Shown piece after piece: positions 23,849 to 37,640 of a stretch of DNA of 64,000 nt. Source of the stretch: Chiloscyllium plagiosum. Its lineage: Eukaryota. The stretch covers positions 24,674,224-24,738,223 of the forward strand of contig NC_057744.1 in NCBI RefSeq assembly GCF_004010195.1, written 5' to 3'. A program made the position numbers and the translations under genes. Every line of letters begins with the position of its first letter. Position 1 is the stretch's first letter. The notes beneath the pieces were generated by a model. It was not told the DNA's origin and searched no databases. It saw nothing but the letters and a program-made list of their open reading frames with translations.

Positions 23849-24776
23849 ATATCATAACCACCAAGATCACCAACCTATTATCTCTTTCCAGACTTGCACT
23901 GATCCTCTCTGACCTCAGGGCATCAATCTGGTCTTGCAGACACATGTTCTTCATTTCAGATTGGAAATCAAACCTGTGAATCATTTGCTTGAAGCAAACA
24001 CCATACAAACTGCTGGCATGTGTTGTAGATGTGTTACTGACCATAGCAGATTTCCATGAAGAGACATGCTGAGTCCCCTGATCTATCGGTTTTACTCGCT
24101 GTGAAAAGCTTCATGCGTCTCCCTCAATGTTAAACCACAAATGTCTGTCACAGAGGTTGATAGCTGAGCACTGAAGACCCTCTATGCTAAGGAAGCAAAG
24201 TGAGCCACATAGATTTTGGCAGCCTGTAATCCAGTGCAGAATCCAATGAGTGTGCATTGAGAAAGCAATGTGAAGTATTGACAGACAGCCAACTTCCCCA
24301 TGAGCACTAAGTGAGTGAATACTAAGAAAGCAAGCTAACATCTATGAAATGCATTTTGTGCAGTGAATATGGAGTGCCTGTATCCCTGCATACAATGGAA
24401 CCTGGAAGAAACATGCAAATTCATCAGTGTCTCTGAACTCTGACGTTTAGTGTTAAAGGGCTGAAATTGTTTCTGAGGTCGATCAGGAGCAGGTACAATG
24501 ATGTGAGGTGAGTATCATGCTTTGTCCATTCTAATTGCATAAATGAAGGATCGAGGTGGATAGTGACCATGCAGCATTCAAGAACAGTGTTGTCAAGGAG
24601 CAGTTGCATGGTGGCTGCAATAATCTACAAATACCAGGTAGCCACACTGATTGACATGTTGGGAATTTGCACCATCTAGTCTCTCGATAAAGGGGAGAAG
24701 CATTTAAAGAGCATGTACACATACATGTGGGGAATTAAGGTTTTCATGAAATGTAAATGCATGGAGGAAAGATAGT

Positions 24777-25184
24777 CGGCGAGTTTTGAGAAGATTTGTA
24801 ACTCAGATTGAGGCTCAGGATGTAGTTTAGCTCGCTGAGCTGAAAGGTTCATTTCCAGATGTTTCTTCACACTACTAGGTAACATCTTCAGTGGGCCTCC
24901 GAGTGAGGCACTGGCGATGATTCATGCTTTCTATTTACATGTTTAGGTTTCTTTGGGTTGGAGATGTCATTTCCTGTGGTGAAGTCATTTCCTGAGAAAA
25001 AGAGCAGGAAATGACATCACAACCGGAAAAAGACACCACCAGCCCAAAGAAACCCAAACATATAAATAGAAAGCAGGAATCGTCAATAGTGCTTTGTCCG
25101 GAGGCCCACTGAAGATGTTACATAGTAGGGTGACGAAACGTCTGGAAATGAATCTTCCAGCTCAGCGAGCAAACCTACATCCAG
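24777..25184 (-). mobile_element. Mini Penelope-like hairpin, family C
   Basis: Diverged inverted arms ~24818-24994 and ~25005-25182, with a ~40-nt tail only on the left arm. TSD-like aagatagt at 24769-24776 and 25185-25192. Homologous to 22741-22930. Confidence 0.88.
25106..25145 (+). ncRNA. Minimal type I hammerhead ribozyme motif (best-formed copy in window)
   Basis: CCA-CUGAAGA-U-GUUAC-(8-nt loop)-GUGAC-GAA-ACGU-C-UGG: stem I CCA/UGG, 5-bp stem II, predicted cleavage after C25142. Confidence 0.72.
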
Positions 25185-26966
25185 AAGATAGTTGTCACTC
25201 AATGGTAATATTCTGAAGGTGTCTTTAATGCTTGGCAAGGAAATTGCAAACATTTCTTTTGGTGTCAAGATTCAGATTTTTTAATATTATTCTTTGTGCA
25301 TTATCCCACCTTTCTTATGTCCCACATGCCATACAAGAAGAGAAAGAGAATGATTCTGCCCATTAGCTCTATTCCTATCTCCACAGATGCTAACTGTTTT
25401 TATTTAGAATATTCTCCTTTATCACAAATTTTCAGCATCTGCAAAACTCTTCTTTTGCAATAAGTATTTTTAGATTATATATGAAAATTAGTGTACCTGG
25501 GATATTTGACTTCCATGCAATAGCCATCAATGGTACCTTGTGTCAGCCATAAGCAAATAAATTTTGAGAGATGAGGTAGATCCCTGACTAGGAATAAATA
25601 AAATACCCTAAGACTTATTCATGGTTAATAATGCAAAGTTGCAATAGTCCAAGATAATACAGTTTTCAAGCCTCTTCCACTTACTCCTCAACCAAGGCCA
25701 AACATTTACTCCAAACATCATTGATGTGTGTTATCACCAGAATGGATATATTCTTCCAATAAATTCCAACTAACAATGCAGACTTTCAAGAAAAATAGGT
25801 CAATGACAATCACAAAATACACTTTACGTGGAACAATATTTCAAAATGGGATAAAAAATAAAATCATAAGACTTCTGCTTAATATGAGTACAAGTATTAT
25901 TGAGCAGAAAGCATAATCAATCTTTAATTATTGAATACGCTTTACTCATTCCCACACCCTACAAAATAAGATGAGAAAGATCAAATGTCATAAATATCTA
26001 TTGTCTCTTGCTGCAAGCCTTCAATACTCAAGCTCTCCTGTTCAGTTCTCCTCATGCTGGTTGCTGTCTTGCCTGTGGCAGTCCTTTTCTTTCCCAAAAC
26101 TGTCTGTCTTGGGAGGGCAAACGAGCAAGCTGCAACAATGGGCAGCATTTATATTGTTCGACTATTATCACAATACTGAGAACATGGCAGCAAAACAAGA
26201 CAGAATGAAAGTTTCATGAAGCAAGTCAATAAATTGAAAACATGTGATTCTGACTCCTGCACAGTATAACTTGGAACTTTTCCTAGCCATCAGAAGTGAC
26301 AAAATATTGCTGCTTAATCTGAAAGGTGCATGGGATTTTCCACCTGAACGGTGCTCTACTATGCAAGTTTAAGTTTCTCTTTTCTGGTGCAATTCTCATC
26401 CATTGTTATTTCTGCATGTAAAGCCAGTTTTTCATCCACATTTGGCATTTTAATTTATCTACACTAGTTTTTCCACAGCTGCAGCTTTGCCATTATTTAT
26501 ACAAAGACTTGGAAATATAATTTGATAACAGAGTTCTGAAACCTTCAATCAAACAATGCAATTAAAATTAAAATGTAACTGATGGGAAGAGAACTTCATG
26601 ATGTTTTTAGATATATTTTCAAGAATATCAACATGTCGATTTTCCTTAAAATATTATTAAATAATTCAGTTTAATGTATCAAACTTCCAGTCACAGAGAC
26701 ATAATTACATATTATTCAGCTGACAACACTTCATTCATTGCCAAACAAGTTAGAATTAATATCTAACACCTTACAATGTAAGAATGTGCAAATATTATTT
26801 CAACGTTACTTAATTGAGCAGTAAAATTCCCCAGTAGGCAAAAAGCGCAAACTCAAAGACAGCGATATTTAACTTGTAAGTAGGATCCTACTGTGTCAAG
26901 AGTCAAAGATACATCAACTCAGTTACCAAATCCACAACACACTTTACCTGCGAAAGTAAAAGAAAA

Positions 26967-27365
26967 ACTTGCATTTATCTACCTCAGAATGTCCCAAACT
27001 AGTTCTGACCTTTTTTGCAGCCGATGAAGTGTTTTTGAATTACAGCCAATATTGGAATGTTGGAAATGTGACAGCCAATCTGTGCATAGCAATGTCTCAC
27101 AAATAGGAGAGATCATGGCCAGAACATCTGTTTTACAGATGGTAGTTTGTGGGTTAAATATTGCCCAGGACAACAGGAGGAACTCCTCCGCTATTTCTCA
27201 AGTGGTTCTATGCATTATCGCCTCATTCAAAAGGTGACACCTCCCTCAGTGCAGCATCCCCTCAGAACTGTACTTGTGTGTCATTCGAAATTGCGTTTTT
27301 GTCTCTGGAATGCAGGCTGAACACACAATCTAACTCTGACGCATGGGTATTAACCCTGAGCTAAG
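26967..27365 (-). mobile_element. Decayed DeuSINE (SacSINE1-like)
   Basis: acttgcatttat tail; Deu-domain-like gacagccaatctgtgcatagcaa..taaatattgcccaggacaac..cagtgcagcatcccctcagaactgtact; tRNA-like head at the right end. Matched to the family from memory. Confidence 0.7.
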
Positions 27366-28444
27366 TCAGTAATTGTGGCATTATGTATAGTTGCAACACA
27401 TCTATTTTCAGAAAAGTCATATTAATTATCTCATTGACAAGATAATACATTTTATTTATCAGATCAGTGAATTTTAGATCTGTTATTTTTGATTTGTATT
27501 GTACCACACCACCATACCTGTTAATTTTTTTCCCCTATCAGTTTGCATTTCAAACCGTAATCTCCTGTTTAAACCTGTGACCCAAAGAAAATGATTTTGG
27601 CAGTTTATTAGTTGTTGGATAATGTTATTTGCACCAACTGAGTGCAATTTTCATAACTGACTGACATCTTTAATCCATTTGAGAAGATATTATGAGACTA
27701 TATGTACAGTTCTACAATACACTCAAAAACCCCAGTGTCGCAATACATTTTGCAAAGCCTCAAAAGCGCTAGGACTGAGGAGCTACATAACTGCATTGTT
27801 TTGATTAATCCATAAAAGTGATTATTTAAAGTCACAAACAAGTGTCATGTCAGCCTACGCAGCTGACTTATTTTTACTGCAGTAAACATATAATAGTTCT
27901 TCGAAGTTGGTTATTTTCTCTCAATCTTTGTGCAGCAGAATCTTACACCAGTGCCAAGTATTTTCACTGTCTGGCACCACTAACAGCTAGCTATACAATT
28001 CAAAAAGCAAGTGCTGTGTTCGTAGCTACACTTCAACACTTCAACTTAGATTTATAATTACCTGCAGGGGACCACTGGAACCTAATGAGAGTGAGATTTC
28101 AAAATTACACTCCCAGAGATCATCTCAGAATCCCAGTGCTACAGGGATAGTTTGAATTTTCAAAGGATTGGGAGGGTTTTGGGAGAGAAAAGGAGTGAAT
28201 AAGGAAATCCACTCACTGCTCATAAATGACCCACTATCTTCTAAAGGCTATGTGTTTGCAAACACAAATTGTCAGCAATATTCACATTTAAAACAGGAAA
28301 TTGGGACATTCATTCAAATTTGTGGATTCTTAATTCTTATCACATTCAAATTTCTTAATTCTGATGGGTCAACTCCCAATGAGCTTTTCAGTAGGAATCA
28401 ATGGCTACTAATGAAACAGGTACATATCATTGATTTTTCTTCTT

Positions 28445-28972
28445 CATTGATTAGGCCACTTTTGGAATACTGTGAGTAATTCTGGTCTCCCTGTTATAGG
28501 GAAAAACTTGAAAGAGTTCAGAAAAAATTTATAAGAATGTTTCCGGGTTTGGAGGGTTTGAGCTATAGGGAATGGCTGAATAGGCTGGGGTTGTTTTCCC
28601 TGGAACATCGGAGAATGAGGGGTGACCCTATAAAGGTTTATAAAATCATGAAGGGCACAGATAGGTAAATAGACAAGGTATTTTCCCTGGGATGGGCAGT
28701 CCAGAGCTAGTAGGCATAGATTTAAGATGAGAGGGGAAAGGTTTAAAAGGGACCTGAGGGACAACTTTTTCACCCAGAAGGTAGTGCGTGTGTGGAATGA
28801 GCTGCCAGAGGAAGTGGTGGAGGCTGGTGCAGTTACAATATTTAAAAAGCATCCGATGGATACATGAATCGGAAAGATTTAGAGGGATATGGATGAAATG
28901 CTGGCAAATGGGACTAGATTTATTTGGGATAGCGAGTCAGCATGTTTCCATGCTGCACATCTCTATGACTCT
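28445..28972 (+). mobile_element. CR1 LINE 3' end
   Basis: LIRPLLEYC, KLERVQKKF, RVWNELPEEVV motifs; ctctatgactct tail. Confidence 0.92.
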
Positions 28973-29139
28973 CGTCCTGGATTATTGAGACCAATTGTTG
29001 CAGCTTTCTTTCTGGTCTTGGCGAGACAGACAGAACTTGAAGGTCCATTATATAAAAATAGAAAGTGGTGGAGAAATTCAGGAGGTCTAGCAGCATCTTG
29101 GAGGGAGAAACAATGAATGAATTGAGTCTGATGGGACTT

Positions 29140-30170
29140 ATTTTTCCACTCAGCACTCCTGGCTGAAAATTGTTGCAAATGCTTCAGCCTTGTCTATTGC
29201 ATTGATGTGCAAATCTTCCCAACCATTGAGGATGAAAATATTTATGGAGCCTCCTCTTTCCATTGTTTAATTGTCCATATCCATTCAAAACACGATGTGG
29301 CAGGACTGCAGAGCTTGGAACTGATCCATTGGTTGCAGAATCACTTTGCTCTATTTATCACCTGCTGTTTATACTGTTCGGAACACAAATAGTTGTGTGT
29401 TGTACCTGCACGAAGTTGACATCGCATTTTTAGCAATGCCTGGTGTTGATCCTGGCTGCACTCTTCATTGAACCAGGGTAAATTCCCTGGCTTGATAGTA
29501 ATAGTAGAATGGAGGATAGGCTGGGCCATGACCTTGTAGATTATGTTGCAGCACAATTCAGTTGATAGCTCACAGCACCTCATGGATGACCAGTCTTGAG
29601 TGGCTAAATCTGTGTGAAGTCTATCTATTTTAACACAATTGTGCTACACAACACAATAGAGGACATCTTCAACATCAATATTTCACCTCCACAAGAATTC
29701 TGCTGTGGTCACTTTTTTCAATACTGTCATGGACAGATGTTTTTATGGTGAGCAGATTTTTAAGGATGAGGTCAAACACAATTTAATCCTTAATACCTGC
29801 TGCAGACCTATTTTACCAGCTATGTCCTTCAGGCTCGACCAGCTTGATCAATAGTGGTGCTGACAAGACACCCTTCGTGATGAAATATCCCACACAGAAT
29901 ACATTCTATATCCTTGCCACCTCCTCCAAGATTCCTTTTTCAATGGTAGTCAATATTGAGGAGTACTGATTCATCCAAACAAGAACATTGGTATGTGGTA
30001 GCAAGCAGGAATTTTCCACGTGCATGCTTGACCTGATGCCATCAGAAGGTGTGAAGTCAAAACCGAGGATTCACAAGGTAAAACCCACCACATTATATAC
30101 CACTGTGCCCTCACTTCTGCCGGGTCAGTTCCCTCTGGGGGACAGAACAGCCCCAGGAATTGTGTTTGGC
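29140..30170 (-). mobile_element. LINE family 2 (CR1/L2 group), endonuclease-linker fragment
   Basis: Minus-strand peptides TIPGAVLS, TITIKPGNLPWFNEEC and AEAFATIFSQ. Confidence 0.75.
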
Positions 30171-30918
30171 AGGTACGTGGTAATGTAAATCTTTAAGAGG
30201 TGCAGGTGAATTCCAAAGATATTTCTCATGAGTGAATTAAAGTTAATGTTGTAGCAGTGCATTTGTTCATGTTTTAAATTAAATACAAAATTATTTCCTT
30301 TATGTTCAAAATAAAACATTAATCAACTGTTTTATGACCTCAAGAGGGAAGACACAGCCGAACTGTTTCATAAAATACATTTACACAGGAAATGCATGTT
30401 CTTAAATTTGTAAGTTATGAAAAGAGATTCATTTAAAATTCTGCTCACATATTACAAGTTTATGAGATTGTATTATAATTAAAGTTTGAGAATTAACCTG
30501 ATATAACAAGTAGGTTACTCTGTCATTCCGTTTTAGTCTCTATCCAAAGTTCAGTGGGAGCAACTTAATATTGTCTGAATGTCAATTAAAGTTTTATTCT
30601 CGCAGACAGTTGGCAAGCTGGTTGGCTTTGTGCTAATGCTTAAAAGCAGTGAATTTGTTTAATTAATCAAAGTCCAACAGCTCACACAGGAACTGATTAA
30701 ACTTCACAGCACCAGTTACAATTATAGGACGGTACTGTGAAGCCCCTTTCCTGAAACAGGTTGCCAGCACTTTGATTTTCTCATATTCACAGAGCTCAGA
30801 CTTGCATGTCAAACAGAGAGTCGAAGTGTGTAAATGTAGCAAGAGAAGAAGAACACAAAAAAGATGGAGAGAGAGAGAACTTTCGTAAAGCCTTTCACCA
30901 ACATGGTAGACTAATTTG

Positions 30919-32027
30919 TAATTCAGGGAGAGCTTGCCAATTGGATACAAAATTGGCTCAACAGTAGGAGACAAAGACTGGTCTTGGACGGTTGCTTTCA
31001 GACTGGACAGCTGTGACCAGCAGTGTTCCACTGGGACCGGGGCTGGGTCCATTTTTGTTTGTCATTTACTTAAACAATTTAGATGAGAATATTGAAGGCA
31101 TGATTATTAAGTTTGTGGATGGACACCAAAATTGGTGGTATAGTAGACAGTGAAGAAGGAGATCTAAGATTACAAAGAGACCTTGATCAATTAGAGCAGT
31201 GGGGTAAGGAGTGGTAGATAGAGTTTAAGTTGGATAAATGTGAGGCATTGAATTTTGGTAAAACAAACAAGGGCAAGATTTTCTCAATTAAAAAGAGGGC
31301 CTTGCATGGTGTTGTGGACCAGAGAGACCTAGGGGTTTATGTACATAATTCTTTGAAGTTTGCCTCACATGTAAATTGGATGGTTAAGAAGGCATTTAGC
31401 ATGCTTGCTTCATTGGTTAGACCTTTGAGAATAGGAATTGGGATGTCATGTTGAGTTTGTACAGAACGTTGGTGACACGTCTTCTGGAATATTGTGTTCA
31501 GTTCTGGTCGCCCTATTATTAGAAGGATATTATTAAGCTAGTGAGGATTCAAGAGAGATTTATCAGAACGTTGTCAGGAATGGAAGGTTTGAGTTATAAG
31601 GAGAGGTTGATTAGGCTGGGACTTTTTTCACTAGAGTGTAGGATGTTGCAGGGTGATCTTACAGAGACTTACAAAATCATGAGGGGTATAGATAGATGAA
31701 TGGCAGGTGTCTTTTCCCTAGGATTGGGGATTTCAAGACGAGGGGACATACTTTTAAGGTGAGAGGACAAAGATTTTAAAAAGACGTGAAGGGCAACGTT
31801 TTTACAAAAAATGATTCATGTATGGAATGTACTTCCAAAGGAAACATTGGATGTGCACACAGTTGCAACATCTAAAAGACATTTGAATAAGTGCCCAAGT
31901 AAGAAATGTTTGGAGTAATATGGGCTAAACACAGGCCAGTGGGAATAGTTTAGTTTGGGATTATGCTCAGCATGGACTGGTTGGACCGAAGGGTCTGTTT
32001 CAGTACTGCATGACTCTATGACTCTAT
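30919..32027 (+). mobile_element. CR1 (HER1-like) LINE, 5'-truncated
   Basis: Homologous to 5340-6365; LEYCVQFWSP; tgactctatgactctat tail. Confidence 0.92.
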
Positions 32028-33242
32028 AAACAGAGAGATAATTGGCTTCTTTAAAGCAGGGAACTGAGAATAAACTGTATCTCTCTGAATCGCATCATGA
32101 CCCAAATTGCTGCTGCTGGCAATAATTAAGCCTTCTGCCATTTGTTGAGGTTTATTGTGCAAGCTCCTTTATTCTTTGAATATTTATAGAAAATAGAGGT
32201 GCCACAGGCAAGCTGAATAGTTTATACAAACATAAACCAAAAGAAAACCCACAATAAATCTCCTCTGTGGCTTTTGTGCATTATACCACTAGCAAAAATT
32301 ATCTTTGTTGAAATTTTTTGATCCCATCACAGGGTTTCCCCAATTTATGATTGCTTGACTGACGAACACAGTCTCATCGAGGGGTGTAATTTTAAAGCCC
32401 TGGCGTCAACATTTCTTGTCCTTACAAATGGCCCCTTTTTAGTGTCTAGCTTATTGTTCCAACTTGAATGCAAATTACTTGTAAACAGATTACATGATGA
32501 CTCCCATTTGCAACTTGGAGACTGTTTCTGTATGCTGCAAATTTTGCAATTGAGCATCCTACATCTGGGGACATTGTGGGTGACGGAACACCCAAAGTGC
32601 CATGGAACAGTCTCAGCCTGGGAGAACCACCTTCATGATCATGGTTTCTTCCCTGCCAGGTAAATATTGCTCACTGAGGAAATCTTGCCCCACTTAGTCT
32701 ATGGCTAAAGAAGTCAGGACATATGTTGCCTGATTCAGTTAATATTTGACTTTTCAATAAATTATTAAGATGTATGTCTGCCCTGGTAGAACAAATTGCA
32801 TACTTTACGTGAGAGCTTATATTAATATTCTAAAATAAAGTTATATATTTTCTCTGAAAATTTATCACAATGAAAAGCTGCTGAGTGCTCTCTGATGCAG
32901 AGTTGTACTACTGAGACACAATTATATGCGCTAGCTCAGAGTGGAGGCGAACTGGATGGTTGCACTTTGTTGAGAAGCACAACAAAAAATATAAATGCAT
33001 TGAAGCAATAATCTTCAAGAAATGGAAAATATTATGAACTGAAGAAACATTGTTCTTCTTTGTGTGTATCCTGTCAACCATACTCGTCCGGTGTTTAAAT
33101 ACAGAGTTCCTGGATTTAGAAACAATAAATTTGCTTGTATGCATACAGGTTGACAGGTTATAATGCCATAAAACATCCAGCATGTGTCCAAGTAACTAAG
33201 ATACATCCCTATTGTAGTTGTGACATCAATATTGTGTCTTAC

Positions 33243-33468
33243 AGTCACAGAGTCATAGAGATGTACAGCATAGAAACAGACCCTTCCATCCAATCCGCCC
33301 AACCCGTCCATGCTGACCAGATATCCCAACCCAATCTAGTCCCACCTGCCAGCACCCAGCCCACATCCCTTCAAATCCTTCCTATTCATATACCCATCCA
33401 AATGCTTCTTAAATGTTGCAATTGTACCAGCCTCCACCACTTCCTCTGGCAGCTCATTCCATACACAT
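33243..33468 (-). mobile_element. CR1 3' end fragment
   Basis: agagtcatagagatgtacagcatagaaacagacccttc..ctccaccacttcctctggcagctcattcca. Confidence 0.9.
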
Positions 33469-33584
33469 CTTGTATACATGTTTAGCAGGAATCGTATTTC
33501 TCCCACATTTGAGAATAAGATTGTTGTTTATTGCCTCGACTAATATATGGATAGCAAAATTTATGAGGTTTACATTTTTTTAAA

Positions 33585-35445
33585 AAAACTTACTCAGGAG
33601 ATGTGAGACTAACTAGAAGACCAGCATTTATTACCCATTATAAATGCCATGAGAATATGCCAGTGAATCATCGTTTTGAACTGCTGCAGTTCATCCAATG
33701 CGTGTGTGTGCTGGGATTGAGGAGATTGCAAATTTTTGAGCAAAGACACAGTGTTATATTTATAACAAGGCTGACAACTGACTTGGAGGTGAACAGGCAG
33801 TTGACATATCCTCACTCACATGTTGCTCTTGTTCCTCTAGGTAATCATGGCCACAGGTTTGAAGTGTGTTGTCCAAGTAACCTCGGCGAATTGCAAAATT
33901 TTACCTCATCTCTAGATGATGCACTGTACTGTTACTGAATCATTGGTGGAGGGAGTGAATAGTTAAGGTCAAACAAGTGGGATACTTGGTTTCTAATGGT
34001 GTTGAATTTCCTTATCATTGCTGGTGCTATACTCAGCCACATGACCTGTGGGGGAATAAGGGAGAGGGAGTGGTTAGAGTTCGGAGTTATTTTGTCTGCC
34101 CTATGTGCTGCAGATAATGGACAAACATTGATGCGTCAAGTTGAGTTATTCACCTGACACATTCACACAAAATTCCTTGCCTCTGATCTGCTCTTTACTT
34201 ATATTATTCACATGTCTTCCAAGGCAACGATAACCCCATGAGATATTGATTCCACAATAATAACACTGTTTATTGTCAAAAGGAGTTGGTCAGATTCCAT
34301 GCGATTGGAGATGGTCACAGTCTAGCATATGACCAAATTTGAATGTTGTTCAGGTCTTGCCACATACAGACACAGATGGCTTACTTAGTTGTAAATGCAA
34401 TGGAATTGAACTTTATGCAATTGTCACTCAACATCTTCACTTCCAACATTATGATAGATCATGGTCACTGTTGAAATGAGTGAAAGCTTTGGATTTCGAA
34501 CAATGCCCGAAAGACCTCCTGCAATGATGTCCTGGGATGAGATGATCTGTGCTCTTGGACTAAAGCCAATGGGGAGCTTGGCCTCTATTCGAATTGGCTT
34601 AAGTTTCGCGAATGACTCCCTGATGCCAAACTGTTATTTCAATAACTCATCTCATTTCTTGAGTATAACTGTTTTGTCCCATAACTGGCCAAAACTGTAA
34701 GGAGTAAAGTGGTGTTGGCAACATCCTAACTAAGTATTAGTGATCAGGCTTTTGTCACTTGATAGGAGTTTTTTTGATACCATTCCTCACTTTGCTGATG
34801 ACTAAGAATAGACTGATGGGGCAGTAACTGGCCAGATGAATTTGTTCTCCGTTTTGTGAAGAAGACAAACATGGGCAGCTTTATTGGTCAGATGTCAGCA
34901 TTGTAATTCAATCGAAACATCTTGGCTAAAGACATGGCTCATTCTGGAGCACAAGGCTACAGCTGAGATGTTGTCAGATCTATATTCTTCACAGTATCTA
35001 GTGGAGAGAATCATGTGGAGTGAATCCCATGATTTGAAGATTGATGTTGTAATGCTGAGAATGTACAGAGAAGGGTGAGACAGGTTATTGATTTACAATG
35101 TTTGGTTGAAAATGATTCACCCTTGTTGTTTGTACTGATGCGCTGAACTCTATCTTTTGGATAGGAAGTATTTGTGGGGATTCCTCCTGCCATTAGTTAA
35201 TTGACTACCAACATTTATCACTCGATTTGACAGACCTGCAGAGTTTTACTCTGATTTATTATAGAGTCATAGAGATGTACAGCATGGAAACAGACCCTTC
35301 GACCCGTCCATGCCGACCAGATATCAAACATTTGCTTCTAAAAGGTTGCTTTTGCTCTATACCATGTTTAAAGCTCTGCATTGTCACTTCACCAGCTTGA
35401 CATCACTTGTTCAAGTGTGTCTGGTGCTGCTTCCAGAATGCTATT
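33585..35445 (-). mobile_element. Old LINE family 2 copy, with a short CR1 tail inserted at ~35260-35325
   Basis: Tail remnant ccagcatttattaccc at ~33621; decayed reverse similarity to 36420-37640 and 29140-30170. Confidence 0.6.
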
Positions 35446-35948
35446 GAAGTGAGACAATTGATTGAGATTGATATTTAAAGGGAGAGAATAGATAAATGAA
35501 GCCATGAACACCTTTACTCAATGTGATGGGAATATAGCCAATACCGTGTGCATGATGGGACATTTGGGCAATTCTCTGGGATCTTAGCTTAGAATGTAAA
35601 TTTATACAACTGAACGACCTTCACAGCTTGAATCAACAGACTCAAAGTGATAAGGAAATAAGGAGACATTGTTAGGACTGAATGTGATAATAAACATCCG
35701 GAGCGAATGAGTACATGAAAAAGGACACCTCTTTCTCTTTTATTGACAAGGATATGGAATGTAAGTCAGTGACAATATGAATATAGTCAGTGACGATTGA
35801 ACTGTAAAAATATACAAATGGAATTAAAAATTAAGATGACAACAGTCACACTTACTTTGTATTAGGGAGAGACCATGATGGATGGTAACCGAGCATGTCT
35901 CCATTTAGATATTTAACAACAAAGTCTATAAGTGTGCACAAGACTTAT

Positions 35949-36256
35949 GGGTGGCACGGTGGCACAGTGGTTAGCACTGTTGCCTCACAGCACCGGAGAC
36001 TTGGGTTCAATTCCCGCCTCAGGCGACTGACTGTGTGGAGTTTACACGTTCTCCCCGTGTCTGCGTGGGTTTCCTCCGGGTGCTCCGGTTTCCTCCCACA
36101 GTCCAAAGATGTGCAGGTCAGGTGAATTGGCTATGCTAAATTGCCCGTAGTGTTAGGTAAGGGGTAAATGTAGGGGTATGGGTGGGTTGCGCTTCGGCAG
36201 GTCGGTGTGGACTTGTTGGGCCAAAGGGCCTGTTTCCACACTGTAATGTAATCTAA
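35949..36256 (+). mobile_element. HE1-like V-SINE
   Basis: Intact A box tggcacagtgg, B box ggttcaattcc, V-domain, taatcta tail. Confidence 0.92.
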
Positions 36257-36419
36257 GACTCAAAGTGGTTGTTTTGTACTATAGCACTCTCCTGAGTCCT
36301 TCATTAGGTCAGGATTGATATCATATAAACACAGAGAATTTGCTTACTGGCAGAGTAGATCATGGGAAATGCTGGGTCACGGGGTTATAGATTGTGGTTG
36401 GGTGCAATTTAGCTGTTGG

Positions 36420-37640
36420 TATTAATCCACAATGCCTCATAAGTGTCCATCCTAACTCCAGGGAATCACTGCAGGAATTCCACAGGGTAGTGTCTGTGGC
36501 TCAATCATGTTCAGTGCCTTCATCAATGACTTTCCCTCCATCATAAAGTCAGAAGTAGGGATATTCTCTGTTGAGTTACAGTGTGGTTCATCTCAGATAC
36601 TGAACGAGTTTGTGGGTCACGTCAGATACTAAAAGAGTCCACGACCATGTTCACCAAGACCTGGACAATATCCAGTCTTGGTTCGGTAAGTAGCAAGTAA
36701 TACAGTACAACTTCGGTTATCCGAACATTGATTATCCAAATGTCGGACTATCTGAACAAGATCTCAAGGTCCCAATGCTTGGGACACTCCTCGTGGTCAT
36801 CAGATCAGTTATCCAGATGCTCGATTATCCAAACAAAATACTCCCCACCTGTATTGTTTGGATAATCGAGGTTGTTCTGTGTTTATACCACATGAGTGCA
36901 CAGCAGTGACCACCTGCACGAGAGGTAATGAACCAATGTCCCTTGACGTTCAATGGCTTTACCACTGAATCCCCACTTTCAACATCTTGGGAGATATGGC
37001 ACAGACATGGTGGGGCAAAGAATTTGTTTCTATGCTATAGGACTCTATACCATTGACAAGATGCTGAACTGAACTAGCCGTATGAATATTGCAGCAACAT
37101 AATCAGGTCAGAGGTTTGGAGTTCTGTGGCAATTAATTCACCTCCTGACTTCCCAAACCCTATCTGCCATCTACAAGACAAAAGTCATGGTGTGTGACTG
37201 AATGTTTTCCACTAGCCTGGATGAGTGCAGATTCAATGCTCAAGAAGCTTACACCATTCAATCTATTGGACTGGCAAGCCATTCACCACCATTAATACTG
37301 ACTCACTTCACCACTGATCCATAATGGCAGCAGTGTGTACCATCTACAGGATGCACTGTGGTGTCTTAACAAGGCTCCTCTTACTGCACCTTCCAAACCA
37401 TGATCTCTAACATCAGGAAGTTCACTGACAGCAGATGCATGGAAACATCGTCACATGCGAGTTCCCCTCCCCAAGACATTCCATCCTGACCTGAAAGCAG
37501 ATAGCTGTTACTTCATCATCGTTGGGTCAAAATCTTGGAATTCCCTTCCTGACAGCATTAAGAGTGGCTTCACACACCAACAACTGGAGCAGTTCAAGAA
37601 GGCAGCTCACTACTATGTCTCAAGGGCAATTAAGGATGTG
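36420..37640 (+). mobile_element. LINE family 2 (CR1/L2 group), RT to 3' end
   Basis: GIPQGSV..FINDFPSIIKSEVGIF RT motifs; KSWNSLP; gggcaattaaggatg tail. Confidence 0.8.
36703..36879. mobile_element. pogo/Tigger-like MITE nested in the LINE
   Basis: 24-bp TIRs cagtacaacttcggttatccgaac / gtttggataatcgaggttgttctg (4 mismatches); TA on the left, TG on the right; internal ttatcc subrepeats. Confidence 0.82.
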
